A stretch of DNA of 64,000 bases from Podarcis vaucheri. Taxonomy: Eukaryota. The stretch lies in assembly GCA_965113315.1 (NCBI GenBank), contig OZ220376.1, one strand, 5' to 3'. The translations under genes were made by a program, and so were the position numbers. This document shows, in pieces, positions 50,856 to 63,200 of the stretch; positions within the stretch are counted from its first letter, which is position 1; each line of letters opens with the position of its first letter. A model generated the notes under the pieces. The model saw only the letters and a program-made list of their open reading frames with translations, did not search any database and was not told the origin of the DNA.

Positions 50856-51552
50856 AGTCAACAAAGCAAAAACATTCTATCAGAACCTCTTGTGTTTTAC
50901 CATATCCTTTGCCACTCCAATATATAAAACTATAAAAGTTGGACAGCTAATTAATTGCTCAGTTTCCTACCCCCACCCAGTGATGCAGGTTACAAAAAAT
51001 TAGAACACATTGCCTCTGATTTCCTCGGCCTGGCTTCTATGCTTTCATTTTCAGAATCTACAGTACAGTTTTAAATTAAAAAAACACTTTCCTGTCATGA
51101 AGGCAGGTAATCTTATTACTACTTGAACCAGCTGCCATTCATCTCCTTTAGTTTCTAGTATCCCTGATCTGTGTATTTTACGCCAAACCATGTTTGATTG
51201 TTGCTTGGGGCCCAGCGTCTGGTAGTAATTCCTGGAACCTTTCTGAATATATAAAAGTACATGTCTATACCTACTTAAGTATGAATTCCTTTTTGGCTCT
51301 TGCCCTGTATATACCCTCTCCTTTACAGGTAATACAACACTATGTATGTCTACTTGGAGGTAAGTCCCATTCTGAGACATGCCCAGTGGCATTGGTAATA
51401 TCTTAACAAGTATATTCATGATTTTACCTGCACATTGAAAAATGAGTAGCCAAGTGTGAAATCCTTGTGTGCGTGTGTTTGTAGTCAGCCACAATTGCAT
51501 TTAATTAAAACAAGCTTCTTTTGGGGATTATTGACTGTACACAAGGGGAACC

Positions 51553-52158
51553 TTTATTTATTATGTATTTATTTCAACAACAATTTCTGTACTATTTCTG
51601 TAGCAGTCTCTAAGTGGTATACAATAAGAAAGAAACAAGAAAAAGAAACAATAGAGATAAAATCCGTTAAATTTAGTGGGGAGACGGCGACTTTGAATGC
51701 CTGTAATAAAAAGGTCTTCACCATGTTCTCAATGTTCAACAGGGAGGGGATCTGTTTGATCTCAAATGGGAGGGAATTCCACAGAATCTGGCCCACAATA
51801 ATGAGCACATGAGTCCTGTTGGATACAAGCCATGCATCTGAAGCATGGAAGATCCCCCAAAGACTTAATGTGATTTGGTAGAACACAGCTTTCTAAACCT
51901 TTCATGTAAGTGACACACTTTTTGGAAATGCATCATTTTGTAACACAGTAATCCAGTAATTTCCTAGCAAACTGGAGGAGAAACTAACTCCTTTCTAGCC
52001 CTGGGAGGATTGTGGGAGTGTTTTCAAGGCACACCTACAGACTGCAGCCAATACACAAATGTGTTGCAACACACAGTTTGGAAAGCTCTGAGGTAGAGAT
52101 TTAAGGAATCAGGTGGTGCTTAAGGGCCTACAAGAACCTTGATTTTGGCCTCGTGGCA
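51553..52158 (-). mobile_element. L2 LINE 3' end interrupted by a MITE
   Basis: ORF 51569..51886 reads ..GQILWNSLPFEIKQIPSLLNIENMVKTFLLQAF (L2 C-terminus); (attt)n tail on +. Confidence 0.8.
51884..52090. mobile_element. hAT (Charlie-like) MITE
   Basis: TIRs cacagctttctaaac / gtttggaaagctctg (13/15); TSD tggtagaa / aggtagag (6/8). Confidence 0.75.
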
Positions 52159-54024
52159 TAGAAGCAGTAAATATAATAATTATTACTGGCTAATAACGTA
52201 CTTATGGTAACTTTATACAGTACATTTGCTATCAAAATGTTTTTGCTAACGTCTCCCAATTACTGGTAAAATATTTTTGCTAAAAGCAGTAAGGAATTTA
52301 TTGTAACGATGACACGAAACCCTATTGTATCCATATTATGGAGAGATAATACTAGTTCTTTGAAACTTCATTTTTTTCAACATGTCAATCGCTTTGACAA
52401 AGTTGTGCTTCATATTTCCTGTGGAAGATGCATTACAGCTATGTAAATGACCATATTGTAGCCAGATGCTGCAAGCTATTGAGAATGCATGCAGAAAACA
52501 CTCTAATGCATTTTGATTTAATGTGTGTTGGTTTAATTGAAAATGTATCTGTTTTGCTGTTAGCCTTCTGAATTGGCTTTTGTCCAGTAAGTGTTTTCTG
52601 TAATCATGAAACATGCTAATTTAATCTATTTGCACCTGAAACCAATTTCAGAATTAGCACCTGTTAAGCATTGCCTGAGGATGTTAAGCAAACAAGGTAA
52701 AATGCAGCTCATTTGCTTTTTAATGAGCAAATAATAGTATGTTATTATTTGAATCCACCTTACATCAGTCACAAAGGTTTGTGGTTAAGTGTGTGCTTCC
52801 AATGATATGTGTAACTACAGAGAGAGGCCTTAATGTTATAATCCCTTTTCATTATATGTGAATGTAAGCAAATGTAAACAAATGGCAAGCCAGGGAATTC
52901 TTCTTAAAACCCAGAACAGTAATACACAGCTGTAAATATCTGATACTATCAGGTGGCAATAGATAAAAAGAAATTGTATGAGACATAGCCCAGCCAGAGA
53001 GGAGTGTAAACTTGCAGTTGTCATTGAAAACAAAACAGCAGGTCTCCCTTTTCATAATATCCAATAGAATGTGCCTCATAAAGTATGGGGTTTGCTGGCT
53101 GCTGGGGGAAGCACATGGAGATTCAGAACACTATAATATTAAACAGGCTAAATTCATTTCAAGGGTTTTAAAGCTGCTATTCAGTCAAAAAGATTCCTAG
53201 ACAATCTTCAAATACCCCTGCCCTTAGAGTTACAATCTAAAAGATATGACACATAAGGAAAAGGGGTTGAGAGAGAGGAGGAAGAACTTATAATCTGTTA
53301 TTAAAGGGAAGCTGGGAAGCTCAATGTGTATTTGCCATTTTCATAGCAGCCACAAATTTAGTATAATGTTTAGTTTGGTATATCACAGCAAATGCATTGG
53401 AATACATACTAGGTTTAATTTAGAAGTTTGTAGGTCTACTCAGCTGTATAATATAGGCACTGAGCATAATTCATTGGAGGGATGGGTATATTCCTTCCCT
53501 GTATACCTTATAAAAATTGATCCACATTCAACAATCCTGCCATTGGTTTTTTTCTTTTCTTCTCTTCTCGGAAAGCATGGAGTAGTAATTTTTATGTATT
53601 CTCAGTTGTGTTAAAAATTGTGTAAACCAGTTGTGTAAGCCATTTCATCAGTTTCAGAACTAAGAGACACAGCACTGAAATGGGAACTCACAAAAAATCC
53701 CCCTAAACTTGGGGAAGAGCTTGTGAAATGGTAATGAGAAATTGGAATAAGATTCTCAGAACATTTCTTTTTAAAAAGAAACATATTTCTAATCCATTTC
53801 CCAAAAATGCTCCAAGGTCAGCATCAGGAGCCAACAGAATAAAGTCGGGAAAGGACAAATGAAATGACAGTGAAGATAGAGCCTTGCCTGTCACCAGATC
53901 TTCAGAGAGAGAGAGCCTTACAAACCAGAGTGCTGGGGGATAGGGGCAAGGAAGAGAGTACCCTTCTTGCCTTGCTCATTGGGCATTCTTTTCTGTCTTT
54001 CCAACTTATCCTAGCATCATGCCA

Positions 54025-54787
54025 GAAGGTAAGGAACACTGCTCAAGTGCCTAGGCAAATGGATGATGCTGTCAGGTGTGCGTGCAGGAGCCAGGCCCTG
54101 TGACCAGGACTGGGGCCTTCCTAAGTTTGTTCTGGAGAGGCAAGGCGCGGCCTCACAGGTGAGGCTGATTGGTAACTCACAGCTCTTGGTGGCAAGAGCT
54201 GGGAAGGGATATAAGGTCGGCATTTCCCTTCAGCTCTTTGCCACAGCAACACGTTCTTTGCCTTGCTGTGTTTGGTTCCTTGACCCCTTGCTCTTTGATC
54301 CCCTGACTTGTGACTCCTTGCTTCTTGATCCTCGGACCCTTGACTTCTTGACTCCCCGCGCTCTGACCCTCGGACTCTTGGCTTCCCAACTCCTGGCTTC
54401 TGGACTCCCGTTTTTGCTCCTACCCCACCATCTTGCCCCAGTCCCGATGTCCGCAGCCGGGACTTAAATTGCCTGTGAACTGGACCGTGACAGATGCTCC
54501 CCCCTCCCCATTGCTGCAGTCAGGAAGATAGCAGATATGCAGTTGCCAAGACAATGCAGGGACACCTTTGTTTCCAGTGCTGTGCACTGCAAATGGGGAC
54601 AGGATGTTGCTGCCCAATTATCTAGACAATTGGGCAACACCCCCTCCCTCCCCGCTATGAGATATGAGCCAGGAAACCAGGGATATGGGTGTTTCTTCAT
54701 TTCCTAGTCACACCATATTCCACTATATATGCCGGCAAATAGCAAGATCCATCCAATTGCCTGGGCAGGCACCATTTCCTGCCTTCT
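54025..54787. mobile_element. Old fold-back/palindromic element split by the solo LTR
   Basis: Degenerate inverted ends (gaaggtaaggaa..tgcctaggcaaatggatg / catccaattgcctgggca..ttcctgccttc) lie about equidistant, once the LTR is removed, from a 26-bp near-perfect palindrome at 54611-54636. Confidence 0.5.
54070..54492 (+). mobile_element. Solo LTR (Gypsy-type)
   Basis: TGTCA...TGACA termini, 5-bp TSD gatgc (54065-69 / 54493-97), inverted CCAAT (attgg ~54168), TATA at 54210, and a pyrimidine-rich ttgaccc/ttgactc repeat tract. Confidence 0.88.
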
Positions 54788-56577
54788 TACTGGAGCCACA
54801 AGATGCCAAGGAACTGGCTACTTGCTTTTGGTGCCTTGCTGCTTCCGTAACACAGAGGCAGCAAACCTAAGATACATTTTGGGGAGTGTTTGGGAGGGCA
54901 TTTTATGCCCAGATTCATTGCCTTGCATTCACAGCATTTTACTAGCAGTAGGAAAAATAAAGCAATTGATGGTGGAGGGGGAGATCTTGCAGAATGGAAC
55001 TGAGTTGGAGTTTGCAAACAAAGAAGAGGAGGAGATGGCAGGAGAGGGCCAAAAGAAAGGAAGGAAGGAAGGAAGGAAGGAAGGAGCATGGTAGGAAGAA
55101 AAGAAAAGCTGTTCATGTCTTTCTTGTGGCAGAGAGAGTGAAGAGAAATGAGAAGAGGTTTGAGGGTTATTTATTCATTTCTGAAACAGGTGATGATTGG
55201 TGTTCCAAAATGAGAGGGCAGCTGAGCTGTTGGCAGGCACCAGCCTTCTGAGCTCCATCTGGATTATCAGGAGTTCAATAGACCTCACATTTCCAAATTC
55301 ACTTTGATTGATTTACAGAACAGAAGGGGAATAGTATATGCTTGCGCTTTGATTTAAGACCTGTTTTGATATGTGCACATATATGCTTGCCTTTCCTGGC
55401 AAAGCAGCTATGATAAAACTAATTGGGACTATTTCCTAAGCTCATACATCCTTAGTCTAAGGTATTGGAACAAATGAATTCTAGCATACGCATTGGCAAA
55501 GCTATAGAACAGAAAGAAGTACCCTTGCTAGTTGGATAGAGAAAATTAAGGTTTCCTGAGGTTTTGCATTAAAAAATAGGAAATTCAAGAAAAATATGCT
55601 CTCTAACTCAGCTTGAAAAAAGAAGTGGTGAGTTAAAGCTTTCTTCCACATAAGGTTTAGAGAAGCACCTATGTAAGCATAGTGAGTACAGTTTTACTTT
55701 CCAGTTTTTTTATTAAGTTCCATCTAGTCTTATTTCCTTTCAAAATTGTAATGCAGGTATTCTAAATGCCAGCTTGAAACAAATATTCAGGTTCCTTCAG
55801 ACAATAAGGAGGCAAGACTAATAAGACATTGTGTTACTTAGTGCTGTGCACAGGCACAAGGCGAGACTCTGCTGTGTGTAACACAAGGCATAAGTGGGTA
55901 AGATTGATTTTCAAGAAGTTTAGTAGAAAATATCTGGCTAGACACTCAGAATTCAGAGTCCACAGATAACTTACTGATTTAAGCAACTCATTTCTATTTG
56001 TTGCTTAAGCCAAGGAATGAATTTTATTCTATTGCTAGAATTTGATTGGTCTTAATGTCCAAACTTTATACTGTTTTGATTGTCAGCTGTGTTTGCTCCA
56101 TGAAATAATGGCAGAGGGAGTAGATGTAGTAGTGACATAAGACATGTGGCTGTGATAAGAATCTGGTGAAATGAATTATCTTGTTTTCTGTTTTGTGACA
56201 CTTGTTGAGAGACAGCAATGAAGGTATTGTTAGGATATATTTCAGAATCTGTCTCTCTAACTTTCTCTTTCTGATCAGGTGGAGTGTGATGAGTGACCTC
56301 AGATTTGCAAAAAGCTGTGATATAGCACAATTGAAAATGTAACACGCACCCATTCTCCTCCGCAGTTTTTGAAGTATGTGACTTAGATTATTAATAGCTT
56401 TTTCTCTTAGGAAACTTATTTGTAGTTTTGGGTTACACATCCATCTGGTACAATTTCTGAATTGTCATTCAAATGATGTATCATGCAACAGAAACAGATG
56501 ACTGTAGGCTCTTGTAAGATGCTGCAGAGAGTTTAAAAAATGAGCAGTAGAAAAGATTGTTTCCTGTAGGCTCAATA

Positions 56578-56858
56578 AGGTAAAGGTACCCCTGCCCGAA
56601 CGGGCCAGTCTTGACAGACTCTGGGGTTTGTGCGCCCATCTCACATCTATTGGCCGGGGGCCAGCGCTGTCCGGAGACACTTCCGGGTCACGTGGCCAGC
56701 GTGACAACGCTGCTCTGGCGAGCCAGAGCCGCACACGGAACGCCGTTTACCTTCCCGCTGGTAAGCGGTACCTATTTATCTACTTGCCCCCGGGGGGTGC
56801 TTTCGAACTGCTAGGTTGGCAGGCGCTGGGACCGAGCAGCGGGAGCGCACCCCGCCGC
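56578..56858 (-). mobile_element. Sauria SINE, young, 5'-truncated
   Basis: About 5 differences from the 6197 copy over ~280 bp; 12-bp TSD gtaggctcaata (56566-77 / 56859-70). Confidence 0.95.
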
Positions 56859-58348
56859 GTAGGCTCAATAGGACACAGAAATTCCTCTGGAGTCAATGTT
56901 AAGAGTTTATTAAATGTTGGCTCAGTTTGGACATGCACTCTGGCTGTTACAAAGTACGCATAAAATATGGATGGTGGTGAGTGGAATAGTTTGATATTGT
57001 GCTATGGGTAGCATGTTCTGGACTAAGCAAAGGTCTCCGTGTCTGGTTAGAAGTTTAAAAGAAATGGTTAACTGAATGAACAAAAAGAAACTTTTGAAAT
57101 ATCTAAGCTTTTAAGAATGACTTAAGTAGAAGTTACCTTTCAGTTTGCCCATATTCATGCTTCATGTGGAATCACTAGTCAAAGATCTATTATGCAGACA
57201 AAAAAGATTTGTGACAAATGTATAATAGTGTGTATTGTACAAATGATTTAAGCAGTAGCTTCCATCTATTCAACTTCAATAGAGAGCATTAACATGAATC
57301 TATGCAAAAAATTAATTTTTGTACAGCCATAACGCTTATATGAGCTGTACATTCCTGAAGCTGATTAAAACAGAGTATAGACTTCCTAGGAATTGTATTA
57401 TACTGTTTTTGTCAAATAGATAATTATTTTACTACTTTAGTTCAAAGGTAAAAGAAAATGTTGAATTTTCATGTTTCCATTCTTACTTTCTACCTCCATT
57501 CTGATTCTTTATCTCATCCCATTTTCCTGTGTCATCCCTTTCCTTCTCCCTTGTTTTCAGTCTCTCTGTCTTCTTCACTTCTGCTTTTGATTAAGTATTT
57601 CATCTTCTCCACACACATACACACTCCCAGCTGTAAAGCTCCTAATAGACAGCAAACATTTAAGAGTTCTTCAGAATGGATTGGTTAATATACCTTAAGT
57701 GAACTGCAATGATGTATGTAATATTACACTGTATGTGTGTTGCTTGTGCACTGACTTATAAGACCTACACACACAGTACTAGTAAAGACACACAGAAAAC
57801 AGAACTAAAATGCAAGCCTAGCCTAAAAAACAGGGACAAAATGGTGGTGGTGGGGATAAGGAAAGTGACATTGCCTAAGTAACTAATACACTGACAAGAA
57901 ACCTTTTTCGTATAAGGATGAAGCTGAGATTGATTGGGAAAGGTTGGATAACAAATAGATATAAGGCAGGGTTGGGTATTGTGATGGAAACAAAGCACAA
58001 GATGAGAAAATGCCACCAAATTTGAAGAGACAGAACTTATAAAAGAGTGGAGGTAGAGTAAGCTTGCTGCAGTTTAAGACTTCACCATTCCTTACACTCC
58101 CACCCCCCACCTTACACTGTGATTGGAGAAAGTTGGGTGATATTCTAGCCCTGGACTGGAGTGCTCAATCAGCAAAGCCCAGTTCCATTCTATGGGAAAT
58201 TATATTGCAGCCAAAATAAAATGTTAGGTTTTGCTAGATAAACAAAAGCACATGGAGTTCCCCTGTAAATTCCTAGAGAAGGCGCTCTGTGAGGTCATAT
58301 CCCCTGCTTGCTCTGGTGGGAAAATCAAAAGGAAAATAATCCTTACTA

Positions 58349-58582
58349 CAGTGGTACCTCGGGTTAAGAACTTAATTCGTTCTGGAGGTCCATTCTTAAC
58401 TTGAAACTGTTCTTAACCTGAAGCACCACTTTAGCTAATGGGGCCTCCCGCTGCCGCCAGCGTACGATTTCTGTTCTCATCCTGAAGCAAAGTTCTTAAC
58501 CCGAAATACTATTTCTGGGTTAGCGGAGTCTGTAACCTGAAGCGTATGTAACCTGAAGCGTCTGTAACCCGAGGTACCACTG
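58349..58582. mobile_element. Tc1/mariner (Tigger-like) MITE
   Basis: Perfect 18-bp TIRs cagtggtacctcgggtta / taacccgaggtaccactg, TA TSD, and repeated taacctgaagc motifs. Confidence 0.93.
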
Positions 58583-60039
58583 TACTTCCTCCCTGCTCAG
58601 AGCTCGGTCTCTTTCTTTGCCATGTAACTGTTTGTTTTGTGCTTTCCTGAGTACAGACTCCATTTTTTAAAAATCGTAACCATGTATTTTGTGATCTAGA
58701 AGTATATTCTGCCTGCCTTGTTTTTCACTGCTACTTACTGATGAAATCAAGTCCGAACCTTTATGTCAGTAAACAGCATTGTACTGCTTACATTATAAAG
58801 TTATTTGTGATTATTTTGTTTAGAGGGATAAAAAGGGGAAGACCCCGTCCTGGATAATTATGAATAAGGTTAAGTACCCTTGTCCCACCCTTGTCACATT
58901 TTATGCTGCAAAAGGGATGGTAAAAGGAAGGATATATATATAAATATTATCCTATCGTGGCCTCCAAATCCATCTAACTCATTCCTTCTCCTCTCCTTCC
59001 CTTGGCATTCTCATTATATGGAGCTGTAATTAATACTGGCAACATTTTACAGACTGTATCTCTGCCTTTAGAGAGATGGTTTTTTCATTCTAGATCAGCA
59101 CAACCCACTACAAAATATATTTATTGGGTCTACCTGCTGTGAAGTGATTTGTAGCTGCCTATATGGATTCAGCACAAATTGTAAACAAATCTGTTTGGGA
59201 TTTGGACAAATTGGTTGCAGAGCTGTAGTATCCATGTCGGAGTGCAAAATTCACAGTGAGAATCAGTTCTTCGTAAAATGCAGAGTGCTAGTCCCCTCCC
59301 CCCCAATTTGCAAACTGTTTCTAGTTCACGAATAAGGATCAGAAATTAATAGGAAAGGAACAGCATACAAAATAAAATGTGAAACAGCGCAAAGCTACTT
59401 TTGGCATTAAATATGAAGGTGATGACCTTTTCTAGTTTAATGACTGACAAACCTGAACAGAATAATATCAGAAAGGAATGGGATATATATGTTGCCTTTA
59501 ATAACTGAAAATGGTTGATCTTTGTGACTGAACCAGACATTTCATGTGATATGGCCACATTGCCTTGGAATTTGAAAACTGTTCTATTATGCTATTTGGG
59601 ATTTAATTTCTCCATTCTTTCACATAAACTTTTCTGTACCGCATCTTATGCCTACTTCAATTGTCTAAAAAAAATCAGTACCTTAACTGGTCCTTTCAAA
59701 AGAGCTAAGGTGGTGAGCATGATATGGGCACATCAAGCAAAAACACAAACTGATGCTACAATTGCACACATACACCACAAACACTGTGCTCAATATTCCT
59801 CCAACCAGGGTCGCCAAGTGGGTGGGGGGCACTCTCCTGAAAATTTTCCATGAAGGGGCTAGCCCTCTAAGTTTTGTGCTGGCCATACAGCATGCATACC
59901 ATGGGGCTTGCTCGTGTCACGTGCACAAGACTTGGGGCATCTGCACAACACATCTGCTTCCTGCATCTGATAATTTTAGCTTTTGAGAATGAAGCTTTCT
60001 TTCATCCATTCTGGGTTCTGTTTCTTGGTTATGCTAAGG

Positions 60040-60176
60040 CAGGCATAGGCAAACTCAGCCCTCCAGATATTTTTGGACTACAATTCCCATCATCCCTGAC
60101 GACTGGTCCTGTTAGCTAGGGATGATGGGAGTTGTAGTCCCAAAACATCTAGGGGGGTCAAGTTTGCCTATGCCTG
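60040..60176. mobile_element. hAT MITE (near-complete hairpin)
   Basis: Perfect 16-bp TIR caggcataggcaaact, inner inverted repeat ggactacaa.tcccatcatccct, and TSD tgctaagg / tgctaaga. Confidence 0.9.
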
Positions 60177-60192
60177 TGCTAAGAATTCACAG

Positions 60193-60447
60193 CAGGGCCA
60201 ACCCACCCATGGGGCAGACTGAGGCAACTACCTCGGGTGGTGGAATCCCAATGGGCAGCACCCACTTGGCCATTCCGGCTGTCCCTGCCACTGCTGCTGG
60301 GGAAGTAAGGAGAAGTGGAGACGACAGCTTCCAGCTAGATCCTTCACGGCCTCAGTAAGTGAGGCTTTGGCAGAGGGGCAGCAGTGTGGGGGTGGGCAGC
60401 ATCTTGCCATTTCAACTCAGTCAGTGAAATGAGACGGGACACTCCCG
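60193..60447. mobile_element. Non-autonomous hAT element
   Basis: Starts cagggcc (like 39202), decayed right end, perfect 8-bp TSD attcacag (60185-92 / 60448-55). Confidence 0.7.
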
Positions 60448-60699
60448 ATTCACAGAGTACTGTGAAATGGACAGAGACTGGATTTGAACATTGTGAACTG
60501 GCTCCCCTGTCCTTGCTTTCTCCTTTAGTGAGCTACATAATATGAAGGCCCCCCCTCCATGTAATGAGAAAAGTATTCAACTGTACCTGTAATGAAGAGC
60601 TGTTTGAAACCTTATAAAATCCATAAATGCAAAGTACACTCATGCAAAGGGACATACAATGCTACCCAGAAACTGTTGATTGAAAATTTATGTGACTGC

Positions 60700-61170
60700 A
60701 TTCCATTTCTTACCTGATCAGTACTCAAAACTTTATTTGGAGGTGACAGAAAGGAACCTTTGTGCATTCTATAGCATCTCCTCAAGATTTCTTAGGAATG
60801 GAAACATACTTCTTCCCAAGGAACTCTCAAACTTTCCTTTTAAGTGTAGAAAGGGGCTTCTGAGTTCATAGTTCAGACTGCACCTTTTATTAGAAAATAT
60901 TCAGTTATGATTTAATGGATTAGTGCAGGTCTGGTGATATAATTCTTCATGCCCCCTAGTAATTGAAAGACCTTTCTAATCTGAAGTTGGAGCATGTACT
61001 GTGGCATCTAATCCCTCTGGAGAACTCAGAATCATTTGCCAAACTCAGCTGGTCTATTTACTGAAGGGTCTTGGTAAAGCATGTTGAATCTTATCAAGCG
61101 AAGATTTTACTCTGTCCATTTCACCACCTTTCCCAAAATTGCTTCCCTTCCCTCTGCTTCTAGGCCAGCA
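60700..61170 (-). mobile_element. Possible L1 ORF1 remnant
   Basis: Frameshifted minus reads LEAE..*NLRLIRF..LERSF..TRPALI..FLGKKYVSIP..FLSV resemble L1 ORF1 (RRNNLRIxG..IERAxR..PRPxI..xGxxIxIxP). Confidence 0.3.
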
Positions 61171-61817
61171 ACGCAGGCAACTCAAAAGTACTTTTGAAGA
61201 TTTCCTGTTCTTAATTAACAGCATGATTGAAAGTGTAGTGGGGAACGGATAGCATATTACTTAGTAATTTTGTAATAATGTACATTAGGCTTTGCTACAA
61301 AGGGAATAATTATGTATTCTATTGGCTTGTATATAAGCTTTTGCTTGCTATGGAGTCAAATTGTTGATACAAAGGAAGTCTCTCTCCCGAACCCACACAC
61401 ACCATCCCATATTGCAGATTTAACCTGCTAGTATTGGGATTTGCATTTGATTTGTTTCTGTAAAGGTAACTGAGGAAGATGAAAAACATTATACTGATCA
61501 GTTGCAATAGGTTCATTAATTATATTATCAGCAATAATAATTTTGTATGAAATGACTTTTTCTTCAGAATGTAAAAAAGGTATGTGTCCCTGAAGAACTG
61601 AAGGGCTAGAAAGTTCAGGAATTACTTCAGGGCTCAGAAAAGCTAGAAGACAAAACAAAGGAAAATAGAAATAAAAGAAATCTTTGTAGCTGGCAATTCC
61701 ACAGCTTCTTAGCCTGATGTCATAGAGTATTCCTTTGTTAAAACCAAGCACTAAGGATCTAAATGGTTGGATTTGTCTTAGTATTGCAGGGAACCATTAT
61801 CTAGAATTGTTTTATAG

Positions 61818-61957
61818 CAGGGGTGAGGAACTTGCAGCCCTTCACATGTTTTTGGATTACAACTCTAACAATCTCTGACCATTGGCTATGGTTGCTGGGG
61901 CTTGATAGGCGTTGGGAGTCTAACAACATCTGGATGGCCACAGGTTGACCATGCCTG
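61818..61957. mobile_element. Older hAT MITE, same class as 60040
   Basis: caggggtgaggaac..ggattacaactc..gggagtctaacaacatctggatggccacaggttgaccatgcctg. Confidence 0.7.
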
Positions 61958-62079
61958 CTCTAAAGAAGGCATGTGACCACTGGCTATATCAGCTTCTAAG
62001 TTCATTCTGCACTCAATTATAAAGTTCTCATTTCAGAAGATTTCTTAGAGATTTCTATTTCCCAAGAGGGAAGACCTGG

Positions 62080-62495
62080 GAGTATACAAATTTCACTGCT
62101 TTTGCAGGTTTCTGTATTGTTTCAGAATCCTCTTTTGACCAAAATGTCTCATAACTGAGGTAAAATGATCCTATGGGGTAAATTGCGGCCTTGGGCCATG
62201 TTTTCATGAAAAGATGTATAATACAGAATGGTGGATATTCAAAAACACCTGACCACTACATTTGGGGTTAAGAGGATTTACTTCTTGGAGATTCAAAACA
62301 ATCAATAGTGTGCCTGCTATTCCATAACCAACATTGAATATCTTGTGGTTTCCATCTGGGGAAACAGTAGAAATGTTCCTAGTCATATTTACCGGTATGT
62401 GTATCGAGGGAAATAAAATACTTAGTAAACTCTCAAATTGTTGTGAGCCAGGGGAATAGGAATTTATAATTGTCATGGTTGTGATAACCTTTTCA
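62080..62495 (+). mobile_element. Possible L1 ORF2 C-terminal remnant
   Basis: ALGHVF..IQ/VDIQKHLTTTFG..LLLGD..KQ*K..EIKYL..*PF resembles the L1 C-terminus (TLxHxFW..IxxxL..LLG..WK..WxPF). Confidence 0.3.
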
Positions 62496-62949
62496 GATTG
62501 AAATCTTGCTTATTTTCCATTTTGTTTGAACTCAGTTTGAGTGTATGCTGATTAGTTAGTGTAACTTACAAATGGATGATTTGTACTTAATGTGAAAAAC
62601 AAATCTAAAGGCGATACAATTTCTTGAAGGGTTTATATCTTACAGAGCATCAGAGTGTTTTATAAACTTTAAAACTATATTCTTTTAATAATGCTTTAGT
62701 AGGTCCATTAAAATTAAACTTCTAATAATATTGAATTTTGAGGACAATTTTATTACAGCGCCATTTGAATTGTAGAAGTTCAGGTGTCAGATGGAGTGCT
62801 AGATAATATCCAATGACCTTAAACTTTGACGAGTACAGCTGGAGTTGCCACGTGTTCCTGGTCATGGACAGGCCAAGACCATGGATGGTTGTACTTAGAT
62901 CTAGACCTGAAGGTATTGTTCAGTAGGTGCTTGACTAGGCAAAGGCAGA

Positions 62950-63200
62950 ATACCAAGGCTCCCAGAATTTAAAATCATACTACCTGCCAGTTGTAGGAAT
63001 TGGTATTGGTCAGAAGCCCATTTTCCTTCTAATCTGTTTAGGCATCACCAGGTTTATAGTAGCTCACCAAGTTAGACCTCAATATTTCCTGTTCAAACCA
63101 TGGAGCCGAAGAAACCCCTTGTTGTGGAAGGTTGATCTGTGCTTCAGCACAGTAAAATATAATGCAAGTATTTCAGCTGCAATTGTTGAGGACTTATTTT
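62950..63200 (-). mobile_element. Possible old L2 fragment (APE-RT linker)
   Basis: Minus strand SSAPWFEQEI..MPKQIRRKM resembles L2 APWFTxEL..MKRxxRRL. Confidence 0.35.

Noticed and set aside
51051-51500. 149-aa minus ORF with a plausible internal splice acceptor
   Set aside because: No recognisable protein in any frame, it overlaps a short MITE, and it has no convincing donor.
54063-54467. 134-aa Leu-rich ORF
   Set aside because: Lies almost entirely within the solo LTR, whose pyrimidine-rich repeat tract produces the Leu-rich composition.
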